16,777 nucleotides of DNA from Abditibacteriaceae bacterium (GTDB lineage Bacteria; Armatimonadota; Abditibacteriia; Abditibacteriales; Abditibacteriaceae): contig JANMKN010000309.1 in assembly GCA_031372065.1 (NCBI GenBank), positions 1 through 16,777 of the forward strand. Direction: 5' to 3'. Positions 9,601 through 16,777 of this stretch are shown piece by piece. Position numbers and translations under genes: made by a program. Within the stretch, counting starts at the first letter, position 1; each line of letters begins with the position of its first letter. The notes below the pieces were generated by a model that did no database searches, was not told the DNA's origin, and was given only the letters and a program-made list of their open reading frames with translations.

Positions 9601-10026
9601 GGCGGTTTGACTGGTCGTTTGATAAGCCGCTGCCAAATCTTTTTCGGTAGTGCCGAAAATCGCCATATTCGCCGGGCCACCAAATTCCAACCCGTTGCCG
9701 CGCCAGATTTGTTTAGTGATGTTGTAGGGCAGGCGATGCACGCGCTGCGAAGTCGCATCCAACGAGCGTGTTTCATTGTTCGCCGCCACGATAATGGTGC
9801 TTACTTGGGGCTGATTTTCAGCCGTAATTTCCGCGCGCCAATTATCCGGTGCCTGATATTGCACCGCCGCGCGCGTCGTCGTGCCATTGGCTTGCAGTGT
9901 AATGATGCCTTCGAGCCGCTCAAAACTTTGCGGATGCAGCGTTGTTTGTGCGTTCAATGGCAACGCGGCCAGCAAAATGAAAAACAAAAATGAAAAACGT
10001 AAATTCACAAATGTTAGGATGAACAA
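6622..10026 (-). CDS. Large secreted protein: signal peptide, N-terminal LolA/RseB-like beta domain, long TPR/alpha-solenoid C-terminus
   Basis: 1134-aa ORF. The signal peptide (NLRFSFLFFILLAALPLNA|Q) suggests the GTG at 10008 may be the real start. QYQAPDNWRAEI...FDATTKFP...FADGTFALPAP resembles the LolA-like fold. Many TPR-like motifs (A...(W/Y/F)E.A....P) follow. Confidence 0.7.
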   Translation of the reverse strand: MFILTFVNLRFSFLFFILLAALPLNAQTTLHPQSFERLEGIITLQANGTTTRAAVQYQAPDNWRAEITAENQPQVSTIIVAANNETRSLDATSQRVHRLPYNITKQIWRGNGLEFGGPANMAIFGTTEKDLAAAYQTTSQTAPANTKVFQALKNVGRYSVRDWVRTGGIGDDMFYVVHKRPVFDRAAQLTFVFDATTKFPATRRENDETGRLITETTLTFDANGLPKTAEVRDANKAVIGTFSYNLKPRAEAFADGTFALPAPENQVIEDSELRPITEYNGNDAASNFNRGVALASHADDFPAAFAAWEKALTQSPRAVAIPLATFDASVAARDLNRAQMMLNILAKFQYDPFDLAVRNANLATLRREWDGAQKFYDDAQKLQPDNQAVKLSRATALRLRGEFAGAQNLLLEILARPEVTVSTINAAQALAPLVASDQVAQVAKNMPHETVGQRLGKVLLELQNPADNDKTPFLVPDWPAPALVSLGLAEEVAGRDDAALALWQKLVGSAPQATALNARRRLMALFARRGQVQESLEQFNALLAWCKGEQERVDLEDEFLGDWGKSGTQELLKTVVKQRAYAGAATSDDRRLLLAYEQNFGATADADTALTQGLARHGNSAWWNSQQAENKMAQMSEVESGPKKRELQQRVLKEALTAADAAIAAEPDQPYYQIQRTLIITQQYALTQKAPIDSKAAKDARDRASKELDKLQALFPGDADVDIAVALQQMMLSKIAAAQEGPIQILQATLLAGDPKSDGGDRHNTTFPARQILANTIRQTGRTDESIAQFETALQSARNISEATGIAINLMNLLLRQKPAALPGFLVRLAHDPWPFSDSQQMMDSLLATLARHPTFPTQIANILMADADPYAKTVRVQLLEKISAVAKAQADADAASNAKTLELSDAQSRAAAREWNNSFADLIPLTKNPDAILATRAAAILGEKAANATKFDEAIQYLEGAVKNEPQDLNLRLAYIKALIAARQNEAALQARDALLRTLPPSFDTLKQAAALSSQLGQPAKGAQLLMQARNGAMASPNGSTLQVNAAAFLAARAWVSAGDIAKAMEIYNALAGPGHAVLERAAAFRDAEFRLRNAGKPGSDLEANRMRDRWRQLPLTIDDVQAIDRYLVNIGS

Positions 10027-10151
10027 TCAGGCGTTCTGTTGCAATGGTGATTAGTTTTCTGTGTGGGGAACCTTGGCTTGGAGCGGGAAGTCCTTGCGCC
10101 GTTGTTCAAAAAGTCCAGAAAAAGTTCAGATTGTCGTCGCAGGTGAATCTT

Positions 10152-12113
10152 ATGAAGTTGTTTCTCCGCCTTGCCCTTTTGGTTTTGCTGTGCGGTATGA
10201 CCGCTTTTGCTGTGCAAATCGCGCCACAGGTTGCCACGCAAAGGGCGCCGCGCATCACGCGTGTCGCGACGGTGGCACCAGCTGCTACGGCACCGATTGC
10301 TTTGGAGCGCCCTTATTATCGCTTGCACGCCGATGTGGATTGGGAACTGCTGACGTTTCGCTCCAGTGCCCGCATTGCCATTCCCGTCGCGGCGGGCGAT
10401 AGCCTGCGCGATGTGAGTTTTTTCATTTACGGTAACGCCAATGGCGTGGGCGGCAACGATGCGCGCCGCAAAAGCATCGCGGTAGATCGCGTTTCTTTTG
10501 CGGGACGCGACGTGCCGTTTCAATTAAACGGTGCAGTTTTGAAAGTGCAATTGCCGCAGCCGCAAGCCGCGCCATTTGAATTGGAAATTAGCAGTCATGG
10601 CGTTGTGCCGCGCGCACCGGAAGGTGCGGGCGGTTTAGCGGATATGATGGGCGGCTTGGGTGGTCTTGGTGGCTCCTTGGGCGGCGATGACGACGGCGGT
10701 TTGGGAGCGCTTGGTGCGCTTGATCCGCAAATGTTGGAAGAATTGGGCTTGGCCGGTTTAGTTCCCGGCGCCAATGGCAAAGCGCCCAAAGCTGCGCCCT
10801 CGCCAAAGAAACCAGACAACACCGACTACGGACTTTTCACTTTCGGCAATGGCGTTTTAAGCCTCGGTTCGTTTTGGTATCCGCAACTTGCCGTGCGACA
10901 AAACGGCAAATGGACTGATGAGGCGCCCGAAGGTTTAGGTGATGTGGCCTATGCTGTGATGAGCGATTACGATGTGACGCTGAATGTGCCGCAATCTGTG
11001 ACCGTTGCCGCGACAGGCAATCGGGCAACCACGCCTTCAAACAACGCGCCGGGCCGCAAAACGCTGGCCTTTCGAGCGAATAATGCGCGCGATTTTTCGG
11101 TGCTGATGAGCGAAGATTGGCTGACAAAGTCCACGACTTTCGATGTCGGCGGGCGCTCCGTGCAAGTGGAAGCCTTTACTTTGAAAAAAGATGCCGCCAA
11201 AGCCGATCAAGCGATTGATTTCGCCGGACACGCTTTGCAGATTTACGCGCGCCGTTTCGGGCCGTATCTTTATGATAATTTCAAGGTTGTGCAAGGCCCA
11301 ATTCGCGGCGGCGCGGGCGGTATGGAATTTACCGGCCTGACTTCGATTGCGTCCATGCTTTATGGCGATTGGGGCAAAGAATTGGGCCAGTTGGCTGCTT
11401 CTTTAGGAGCGGGCGGCGGTTTAGGCGGCTTGTTCGGTGCCGCAGAGGGCACCGCGCCGCAAAAGGGCGCCCATCAGTTGCCCGATAATGCTGCCTCGGA
11501 AATGCTAAACAGTTTGCTCGGCGGGCAAAAAGATATGCTGGATTCGGTTTTTGAAATGACGATTGCCCACGAAGTCGCTCATCAATGGTGGGCCATTGGC
11601 GTGGGCAACGACAGTCAACGCGCGCCGTTTGTGGACGAAAGTCTGGCGAACTACACGGCAATTCTTTATTTTGAAGACCGCTACGGCAAAGAGCGGGCGC
11701 AACAAATGATGGACACGCACTTAAAACAAACCTATTCGATGGGCCGCATGATGGGCGGCCCTGATCGTCCGGCGAATTTGCGCACCTCGGCCTATGCGGG
11801 CAATGTGCAATATGGCGCGGTGGTTTATGGCAAAGGCGCGCTGTTCTATGATGCTTTGCGCCGCACGGCTGGCGATACCGCGTTTTTCGATGCGTTGCGC
11901 ACTTACTATGCGCGCTATCACAACGGTTTGGCCGCGCCGCGCGATTTCATCAACATTTTGAAAACAAAGGCGCCCAAAGCCAATGCGGATGGATTATATG
12001 CGCGTTGGATTGAGCAGGCGCACGGCGACGACGACATTAGTGGCGGCAAGCCGCTGGGCCTTGATAGTTTGTTGGGCGGAATGCTCGGCGGCTTAACGGG
12101 CGGCGATTTTTAG
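10152..12113 (+). CDS. Secreted M1-family (gluzincin) zinc metallo-aminopeptidase
   Basis: HEVAHQWW...VDESLANY (HExxH-x18-E), GGMEF exopeptidase motif and VVYGKGALF catalytic Tyr. ATG 10152 has an AGGTGA RBS and is followed by the signal peptide MKLFLRLALLVLLCGMTAFA. Confidence 0.9.
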   Translation: MKLFLRLALLVLLCGMTAFAVQIAPQVATQRAPRITRVATVAPAATAPIALERPYYRLHADVDWELLTFRSSARIAIPVAAGDSLRDVSFFIYGNANGVGGNDARRKSIAVDRVSFAGRDVPFQLNGAVLKVQLPQPQAAPFELEISSHGVVPRAPEGAGGLADMMGGLGGLGGSLGGDDDGGLGALGALDPQMLEELGLAGLVPGANGKAPKAAPSPKKPDNTDYGLFTFGNGVLSLGSFWYPQLAVRQNGKWTDEAPEGLGDVAYAVMSDYDVTLNVPQSVTVAATGNRATTPSNNAPGRKTLAFRANNARDFSVLMSEDWLTKSTTFDVGGRSVQVEAFTLKKDAAKADQAIDFAGHALQIYARRFGPYLYDNFKVVQGPIRGGAGGMEFTGLTSIASMLYGDWGKELGQLAASLGAGGGLGGLFGAAEGTAPQKGAHQLPDNAASEMLNSLLGGQKDMLDSVFEMTIAHEVAHQWWAIGVGNDSQRAPFVDESLANYTAILYFEDRYGKERAQQMMDTHLKQTYSMGRMMGGPDRPANLRTSAYAGNVQYGAVVYGKGALFYDALRRTAGDTAFFDALRTYYARYHNGLAAPRDFINILKTKAPKANADGLYARWIEQAHGDDDISGGKPLGLDSLLGGMLGGLTGGDF

Positions 12114-12120
12114 AACACCT

Positions 12121-13629
12121 TTAAAACGACCATACATTGAGCGCGGCAGCCATCGCCAAAAATTGCCCTGCTTGCGCGGCCATGATTATCCAAAACGCAG
12201 TGGGCGCTTTGGCAGATAATTTGTCCAGCATCCACGCGGCGCCGATAAGAAAAGGCGGCACAAACAGCATCCAGATGCGCGCACTTTCGGCCCACACATT
12301 GGCGCCGAAATTTACCAGCAAAAGCACCGCAATCGCAGGCCAAAGCAGGCCCTTCAAACGCGCTTGCAGGGCAGCATCTTCTTCGCGTTTTAGCAAGGAC
12401 GCGCCTCCTAAAACGCAAATTGGCAGTCCGAGGAAGTAGAAGAAATCAACAAGGTTAAACCACATCCACAAACGCGCCGGACGGTTGTAATCGGTCATCA
12501 CTTTGGCTTGATAATCATGCGTTAAATGATAAATCGTTAGCCAATCCACGCCGCGCCAAGCAAAGTAAATTATCATCACTGCGGTGCCCAATACAAGGGC
12601 CGCGCCGTTTGATAAAGCAAGGCGCTTTGTGCTTTGACCTCGTCCCGTTTGCCATGCGAAAAATCCGCACAAAATAATCAGCGGCGCAGCTAAGGCGAAC
12701 GAGAAAAAGAAACCGAGACCCGCGACAATTCCCGCCGCAAAACACAAGACAATTTTGCCTTTGAATAAGCCGTGAACGCCCAAAGCGAGCGTTGTCGCGG
12801 CGCAAAGGGCAGTGAGAGCGTCCAAAGCCGGACTGAGCAAGGCAAAAGACGGCACCAAAGCCGTCAAAGAGGCTGCGCAAGCCGCGCCCGATGGCCCGAT
12901 TAAAGGCCGCGCCAAGGCGTAAATGGGAATTGGCAAAAGGGCCGCGCAACCGATTAAAAGCAGTCCGGCCCACCACGCCGCAGCGGAATCATAATCTTGA
13001 TAAGGCCGCTCGCCAATGACCTGAAAAATCGTCGTCAGATTCGAGAGTTTATTGCCCGGCGAAATCATAAGCGCCGCTTCCGGCACGCTCATCCACAAGC
13101 CGCCGCCCCGCGTTTTTTCGCGCAGTTCGCGCATCAACGCCACGCCGCCCGGCGGGTGCGTTTCGACGTGATGATGATTCTTCATCAACTGCGGATATTC
13201 TTTGAGCCACTGCTCGGAATTCGGCAATTTATCGGCATCGAACGCCGCGTAATAATAGCCGCCCGACGCCGGATTAACCACAATCGCCGCCAGCCGCGCT
13301 AATCCTACCTCTTCGCCCGCGTGCAGGGCCAAATTAACGCACAACATCAGGCTGCACAACGCGGCCAGCCAACCTGCTTCGCGCTTTTTCGCTTGGTTTT
13401 TGGCCGCTTGCCACAACATCCAACCCGCGCCGACTTGCAACAGCAAAAGCAGCGGCCCAATCGCGCCGCCCGGCAAAGCGCGCGGCTGTCGGAAGCCGTA
13501 AAACATCCCCGTCGCCCACAACGGCACGCGCTGGCTCCACACAAACAGCGCCGCCAAAAGTCCGGCGCCTAAAGCCAGCCAAGTTATAGGTGAAATCGCG
13601 CGACGATGTGATGCGAGGTGTTGATTCAT
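12121..13629 (-). CDS. Polytopic membrane protein, probable GT-C superfamily (PMT-like) glycosyltransferase
   Basis: Many hydrophobic helices, extracytoplasmic loop motif HVETHPPG, and C-terminal AESARIW. ATG 13629 is favoured over 13689 because a TGTTATAAT -10 element lies between them. Confidence 0.65.
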   Translation of the reverse strand: MNQHLASHRRAISPITWLALGAGLLAALFVWSQRVPLWATGMFYGFRQPRALPGGAIGPLLLLLQVGAGWMLWQAAKNQAKKREAGWLAALCSLMLCVNLALHAGEEVGLARLAAIVVNPASGGYYYAAFDADKLPNSEQWLKEYPQLMKNHHHVETHPPGGVALMRELREKTRGGGLWMSVPEAALMISPGNKLSNLTTIFQVIGERPYQDYDSAAAWWAGLLLIGCAALLPIPIYALARPLIGPSGAACAASLTALVPSFALLSPALDALTALCAATTLALGVHGLFKGKIVLCFAAGIVAGLGFFFSFALAAPLIILCGFFAWQTGRGQSTKRLALSNGAALVLGTAVMIIYFAWRGVDWLTIYHLTHDYQAKVMTDYNRPARLWMWFNLVDFFYFLGLPICVLGGASLLKREEDAALQARLKGLLWPAIAVLLLVNFGANVWAESARIWMLFVPPFLIGAAWMLDKLSAKAPTAFWIIMAAQAGQFLAMAAALNVWSF

Positions 13630-13647
13630 GAAAGGAGAAACATCACC

Positions 13648-13656
13648 ATTATAACA
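13648..13656 (-). promoter_or_regulatory. Extended -10 promoter element TGTTATAAT for the GT-C-like gene
   Basis: Perfect TGnTATAAT on the minus strand, 18 nt upstream of ATG 13629, in the divergent intergenic region shared with nadE. Confidence 0.55.
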
Positions 13657-13708
13657 AGGCTTTTGGCTACTCTTTTCGCCGCGCGCCAAACCGCGTTAAA
13701 GTTAATTC

Positions 13709-15769
13709 ATGGCCCGTTCGTTTCATTCAATATATTCACACGATTTTTTACGCGTCTGCGTGGCAATTCCGGCTGTGCGTGTGGCTGACCCGGCGTTTAA
13801 TGCCGAGCAAACACTTGAACTGGCGCGGCGTGCTTCGGAGCAGCATGCGGGCGTGGTTTTGTTTCCCGAATTGGGGCTTTCCGCGTATTCCAACGACGAT
13901 TTGTTTCATCAGGAGGCGCTTCTCGATAGTGTGGAATATGCGCTCGAAGCGGTTATCACGGGTAGCCGCGATTTGACGTCGGTTTTGCTCGTCGGCGCGC
14001 CATTGCGTTTTGAAGGCAAATTATTTAACTGCGCGATTGTGATTTACAAGGGACAAATGCTCGGCATCGTGCCGAAAACCTATTTGCCGAATTACCGCGA
14101 GTTTTACGAAAAGCGCCAGTTCGTTTCGGCGCGCGATGCCATCGCGCGCGAGGTGTTTTTACTCGGTCAGCGCGTGCCCTTTGGCAACGATTTGATTTTT
14201 GATGCCGAAAACGTGCGCGACTTTTCGCTGTTTATCGAAATTTGCGAAGACGTATGGACGCCGATTCCGCCTTCGACTTACGGCGCGCTTGCGGGCGCTA
14301 CGATTTTGGCGAATCTTTCGGCCAGCAATATCACCATCGGCAAAGCTGATTACCGTCGCGCCTTGTGCGCCGGTCAATCGGGCAAGTGCGTGGCGGCTTA
14401 TTTGTATTCAGCCGCCGGGCCGGGCGAAAGCACGACGGATTTGGCTTGGGACGGCCACGCGCTGATTTACGAGAACGGCGAGCAATTGGCCGAAAGCGAA
14501 CGTTTCGCGGCGCGCGGCCATTTCATCACGGCGGACATTGATTTGGAGCGCCTCGCGCAAGACCGTATGCGCCTGACTTCGTTTAGCGACAGCGCGCACG
14601 ATCATCGCGATAAATTGCGCGCCATGCGCCGCGTGTCGTTTGAGTGGGAAATTCCCGCCGGCGCCATCGCTTTGCAGCGTGATGTCGAACGTTTTCCCTT
14701 TGTGCCCAATAATCCGGCGCTGCGTGATGAGCGCTGCTACGAAGCCTATAACATTCAAGTGCATGGCCTGATGAAGCGTCTGCAAAGCACCGGGCTGCAA
14801 AAAATCGTTATCGGCGTGTCGGGCGGCCTCGATTCGACACACGCGCTTATCGTCGCGGCGCGCACGATGGACAGGCTTGGATTGCCGCGCGAGAATATCT
14901 TGGGCTTCACCATGCCCGGTTTTGCCACCAGCGATGTGACGCTGACCAACGCGCACGCGCTGATGAAATCGCTGGGCATCACGGCGCGCGAGGTTGACAT
15001 CAAGCCGAGTTGCCTGCAAATGCTGCGCGATCTGGGGCATCCGTTTCATTCCGGCGAGCCGGTTTACGACATCACTTTTGAGAATGTGCAAGCGGGCGAG
15101 CGCACCAGCCATTTGTTCCGTCTCGCCAACTTTCATAATGCGATGGTTTTGGGAACGGGCGACCTTTCTGAACTCGCGCTCGGTTGGTGCACTTACGGCG
15201 TCGGCGACCACATGAGCCATTACAACGTCAATGGCAGCGTGCCGAAAACGCTGATTCAGCATTTGCTGCGTTGGATTATCAGCAGCGCGCAGTTTGATGC
15301 CGAAACCGGCGCCACTTTGCAAAGCATTGTGGACACGGAAATCTCGCCGGAACTGGTGCCCTCGTCGGACGAAAGCAAAGACAAGCCCTCGCAAAGCACC
15401 GAAGAAAAGATCGGGCCGTATGAGTTGCAGGATTTCAACTTGTATTACATTACGCGCTACGGTTTTCGGCCCAGCAAAGTGGCGTTCTTGGCTTATCACG
15501 CATGGAGCGACCTAACGCGCGGCTCTTTTCCCGATTCGCTGCCGGAAAACAAGCATAACGAATACGATTTGGCGACCATCAAAAAATGGCTCGGCATCTT
15601 TGTTTATCGCTTTTTCAAAATCTCGCAGTTCAAGCGCTCCTGCGTGCCCAACGGCCCCAAAGTCGGCAGCGGCGGCAGCCTTTCGCCTCGCGGCGATTGG
15701 CGCGCGCCCAGCGACAGCGAAGCCTCCGTGTGGATTGACGAACTGAAAGAAAACGTGCCGGATGAATAA
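13709..15769 (+). CDS. nadE: Glutamine-dependent NAD+ synthetase
   Basis: N-terminal nitrilase/glutaminase domain ([29 protein letters not shown]) fused to a synthetase domain ([48 protein letters not shown]). Confidence 0.97.
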   Translation: MARSFHSIYSHDFLRVCVAIPAVRVADPAFNAEQTLELARRASEQHAGVVLFPELGLSAYSNDDLFHQEALLDSVEYALEAVITGSRDLTSVLLVGAPLRFEGKLFNCAIVIYKGQMLGIVPKTYLPNYREFYEKRQFVSARDAIAREVFLLGQRVPFGNDLIFDAENVRDFSLFIEICEDVWTPIPPSTYGALAGATILANLSASNITIGKADYRRALCAGQSGKCVAAYLYSAAGPGESTTDLAWDGHALIYENGEQLAESERFAARGHFITADIDLERLAQDRMRLTSFSDSAHDHRDKLRAMRRVSFEWEIPAGAIALQRDVERFPFVPNNPALRDERCYEAYNIQVHGLMKRLQSTGLQKIVIGVSGGLDSTHALIVAARTMDRLGLPRENILGFTMPGFATSDVTLTNAHALMKSLGITAREVDIKPSCLQMLRDLGHPFHSGEPVYDITFENVQAGERTSHLFRLANFHNAMVLGTGDLSELALGWCTYGVGDHMSHYNVNGSVPKTLIQHLLRWIISSAQFDAETGATLQSIVDTEISPELVPSSDESKDKPSQSTEEKIGPYELQDFNLYYITRYGFRPSKVAFLAYHAWSDLTRGSFPDSLPENKHNEYDLATIKKWLGIFVYRFFKISQFKRSCVPNGPKVGSGGSLSPRGDWRAPSDSEASVWIDELKENVPDE

Positions 15770-15918
15770 CCCCATCCCCATCCCTTCCCCTTGAAACGGC
15801 AAAGGGGAAGGGTGTCTAAAGTCTTCTACTCCGAATGAATTCATAAATTTTCGGAGTAGAAGCGTGTAGTTCCCCCTTCCCCTTTGCCGTTTCAAGGGGA
15901 AGGGACGGGGATGGGGTT
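15768..15918. repeat. Nested palindromic element (REP-doublet/MITE-like), 151 bp
   Basis: 45-bp inverted arms 15768-15812 / 15874-15918 with 1 mismatch, each arm itself a hairpin (CCCTTCCCCTT-N9-AAGGGGAAGGG). Inner 13-bp IR at 15823-15835 / 15850-15862 and central palindrome ATGAATTCAT at 15835-15844. Confidence 0.85.
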
Positions 15919-15943
15919 GTATAAAGCTACAAACAAAATCGCC

Positions 15944-16519
15944 ATGCAAAACATCATCGAAATCATCCGGCGCGGCGGCGTGATTATCTTTCCAACAGAA
16001 ACGATTTACGGCCTCGCCTGCGACGCGACTAATGAAAATGCAGTGCAGCGTCTTTTGGAAATCAAAGGGCGCAGCGGTGAAAATTACAAGCCGCCGCCGG
16101 TTTTAATCGCCGGTGAAGACCAATTGAACTTACTCGTCGAAAGCATCCCTGAAGGTGCGCGCGACTTGATGCGTGCGCATTGGCCCGGCGCGCTGACTTT
16201 GGTGCTGCCAGCGCGAGAAAACTTGTCGTCGCTGCTCACTGGCGGCGCTTCCACTATCGGCGTGCGCGAAACGGGGCACGCCATCGCGCGCGCCTTATGC
16301 GAAAACAGTGGCGTGCCGCTGATTGCGACTTCGGCCAACTTTTCCGGCGCCACAGGCCGCGCCGCGATGCCGCAATCGCTCAATGATATTCCTCAAGAAT
16401 TAAAAGATAAAGTCGAGGCCGTTGTGGACGGCGGTATTGTGGGCGGCGCGCCTTCGACTGTCATAGATTGCACCGTCCTGCCGTTTCGCGTGTTACGCCA
16501 AGGCGCGGTTGTTTTGTGA
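15944..16519 (+). CDS. tsaC: L-threonylcarbamoyladenylate synthase (stand-alone YrdC/TsaC)
   Basis: Motifs GGVIIFPTETIYGLACD, IKGR, WPGALTLVL, TIGVR, PLIATSANFSG and PSTVID. 191 aa from ATG 15944, with no C-terminal Sua5 domain. Confidence 0.93.
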   Translation: MQNIIEIIRRGGVIIFPTETIYGLACDATNENAVQRLLEIKGRSGENYKPPPVLIAGEDQLNLLVESIPEGARDLMRAHWPGALTLVLPARENLSSLLTGGASTIGVRETGHAIARALCENSGVPLIATSANFSGATGRAAMPQSLNDIPQELKDKVEAVVDGGIVGGAPSTVIDCTVLPFRVLRQGAVVL

Positions 16520-16551
16520 AATTAGGGCGTCTAATCCGCTAAGTTTTGAGG

Positions 16552-16777
16552 CACTATACGAGCCTCGTAAACCACTATACGCGACTCGTAAACCACTATA
16601 CGCGACTCGTAAACCACTATACGCGACTCGTAAATGACTATACGCGACTCGTAAATCACTATACGCGGCTCGTATAGTGATTTACGAGGGTCGAAATCCA
16701 GCTTTCGACCCTCGAAATCCAGCTTTCGACCCTCGAAATCCAGCTTTCGACCCTCGAAATCCAGCTTTCGACCCTCG
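16552..16777. repeat. 21-bp-period tandem array with two unit types (A: CACTATACGCGACTCGTAAAC; B: CGAAATCCAGCTTTCGACCCT) joined in phase by an inverted segment; runs off the window end
   Basis: TWCG starts at 16557, 16578, 16599, 16620, 16641, 16662, 16683, 16704, 16725, 16746 and 16767, exactly every 21 bp. About 6 A-type units and 4+ B-type units. Confidence 0.95.

Noticed and set aside
10044..10151. Longer N-terminus of the M1 peptidase
   Set aside because: The RBS and signal peptide fit ATG 10152; the upstream part is the divergent intergenic region.
14408..15499. 363-aa antisense ORF
   Set aside because: It lies entirely opposite the well-conserved nadE and is a typical shadow ORF of GC-rich codon usage, with no recognisable motifs.
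5485..15769. NAD/ADP-ribose functional module (ARH + nadE) as a defence or NAD-reconstitution system
   Set aside because: The genes are about 7 kb apart, on opposite strands and separated by unrelated genes; nadE-tsaC look like ordinary housekeeping genes.
15512..15949. 145-aa minus ORF, and the N-terminal extension of tsaC to 15884
   Set aside because: Both are translations of the palindromic repeat arms (PHPRPFPL..., PLPFQGEG.GMG). YrdC similarity starts at ATG 15944.
16521..16535. ATTAG-GGCGT-CTAAT mini-hairpin after tsaC as a terminator or element end
   Set aside because: The stem is only 5 bp and AT-rich, and the opposite end of any element is outside the window, so it cannot be supported.
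16552..16777. CRISPR or TIGR-type guide array
   Set aside because: There are no unique spacers (the slots are repeated near-identically), the period is only 21 bp, and no cas/tas gene is in the window.

Overview
Bacterial, moderately GC-rich chromosomal window made mostly of envelope and housekeeping genes. On the minus strand are a partial CDS at the left edge, a 951-aa secreted beta-helix/choice-of-anchor-Q/Calx-beta surface protein, a cytochrome P450, an ADP-ribosylglycohydrolase, a large secreted LolA-like + TPR protein and a GT-C-like membrane protein. On the plus strand are an M1 metallopeptidase, glutamine-dependent nadE and tsaC (YrdC). Four non-coding or mobile signals stand out. (i) A 900-bp IS982-like element (15-bp TIRs, 5-bp TACTA target duplication) whose transposase is frameshifted by an exact 17-bp tandem duplication. 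(ii) That element sits next to a palindromic operator-like site in the surface-protein promoter. (iii) A 151-bp nested palindromic REP-doublet/MITE-like element lies between nadE and tsaC. (iv) At the right edge, an unusual 21-bp-phased array has a constant palindromic scaffold TWCG-N5-CGWA-N8; its variable slots switch sequence and flip orientation without losing phase. The array is the most unusual element here, but it runs off the end of the window, so any partner gene cannot be seen.
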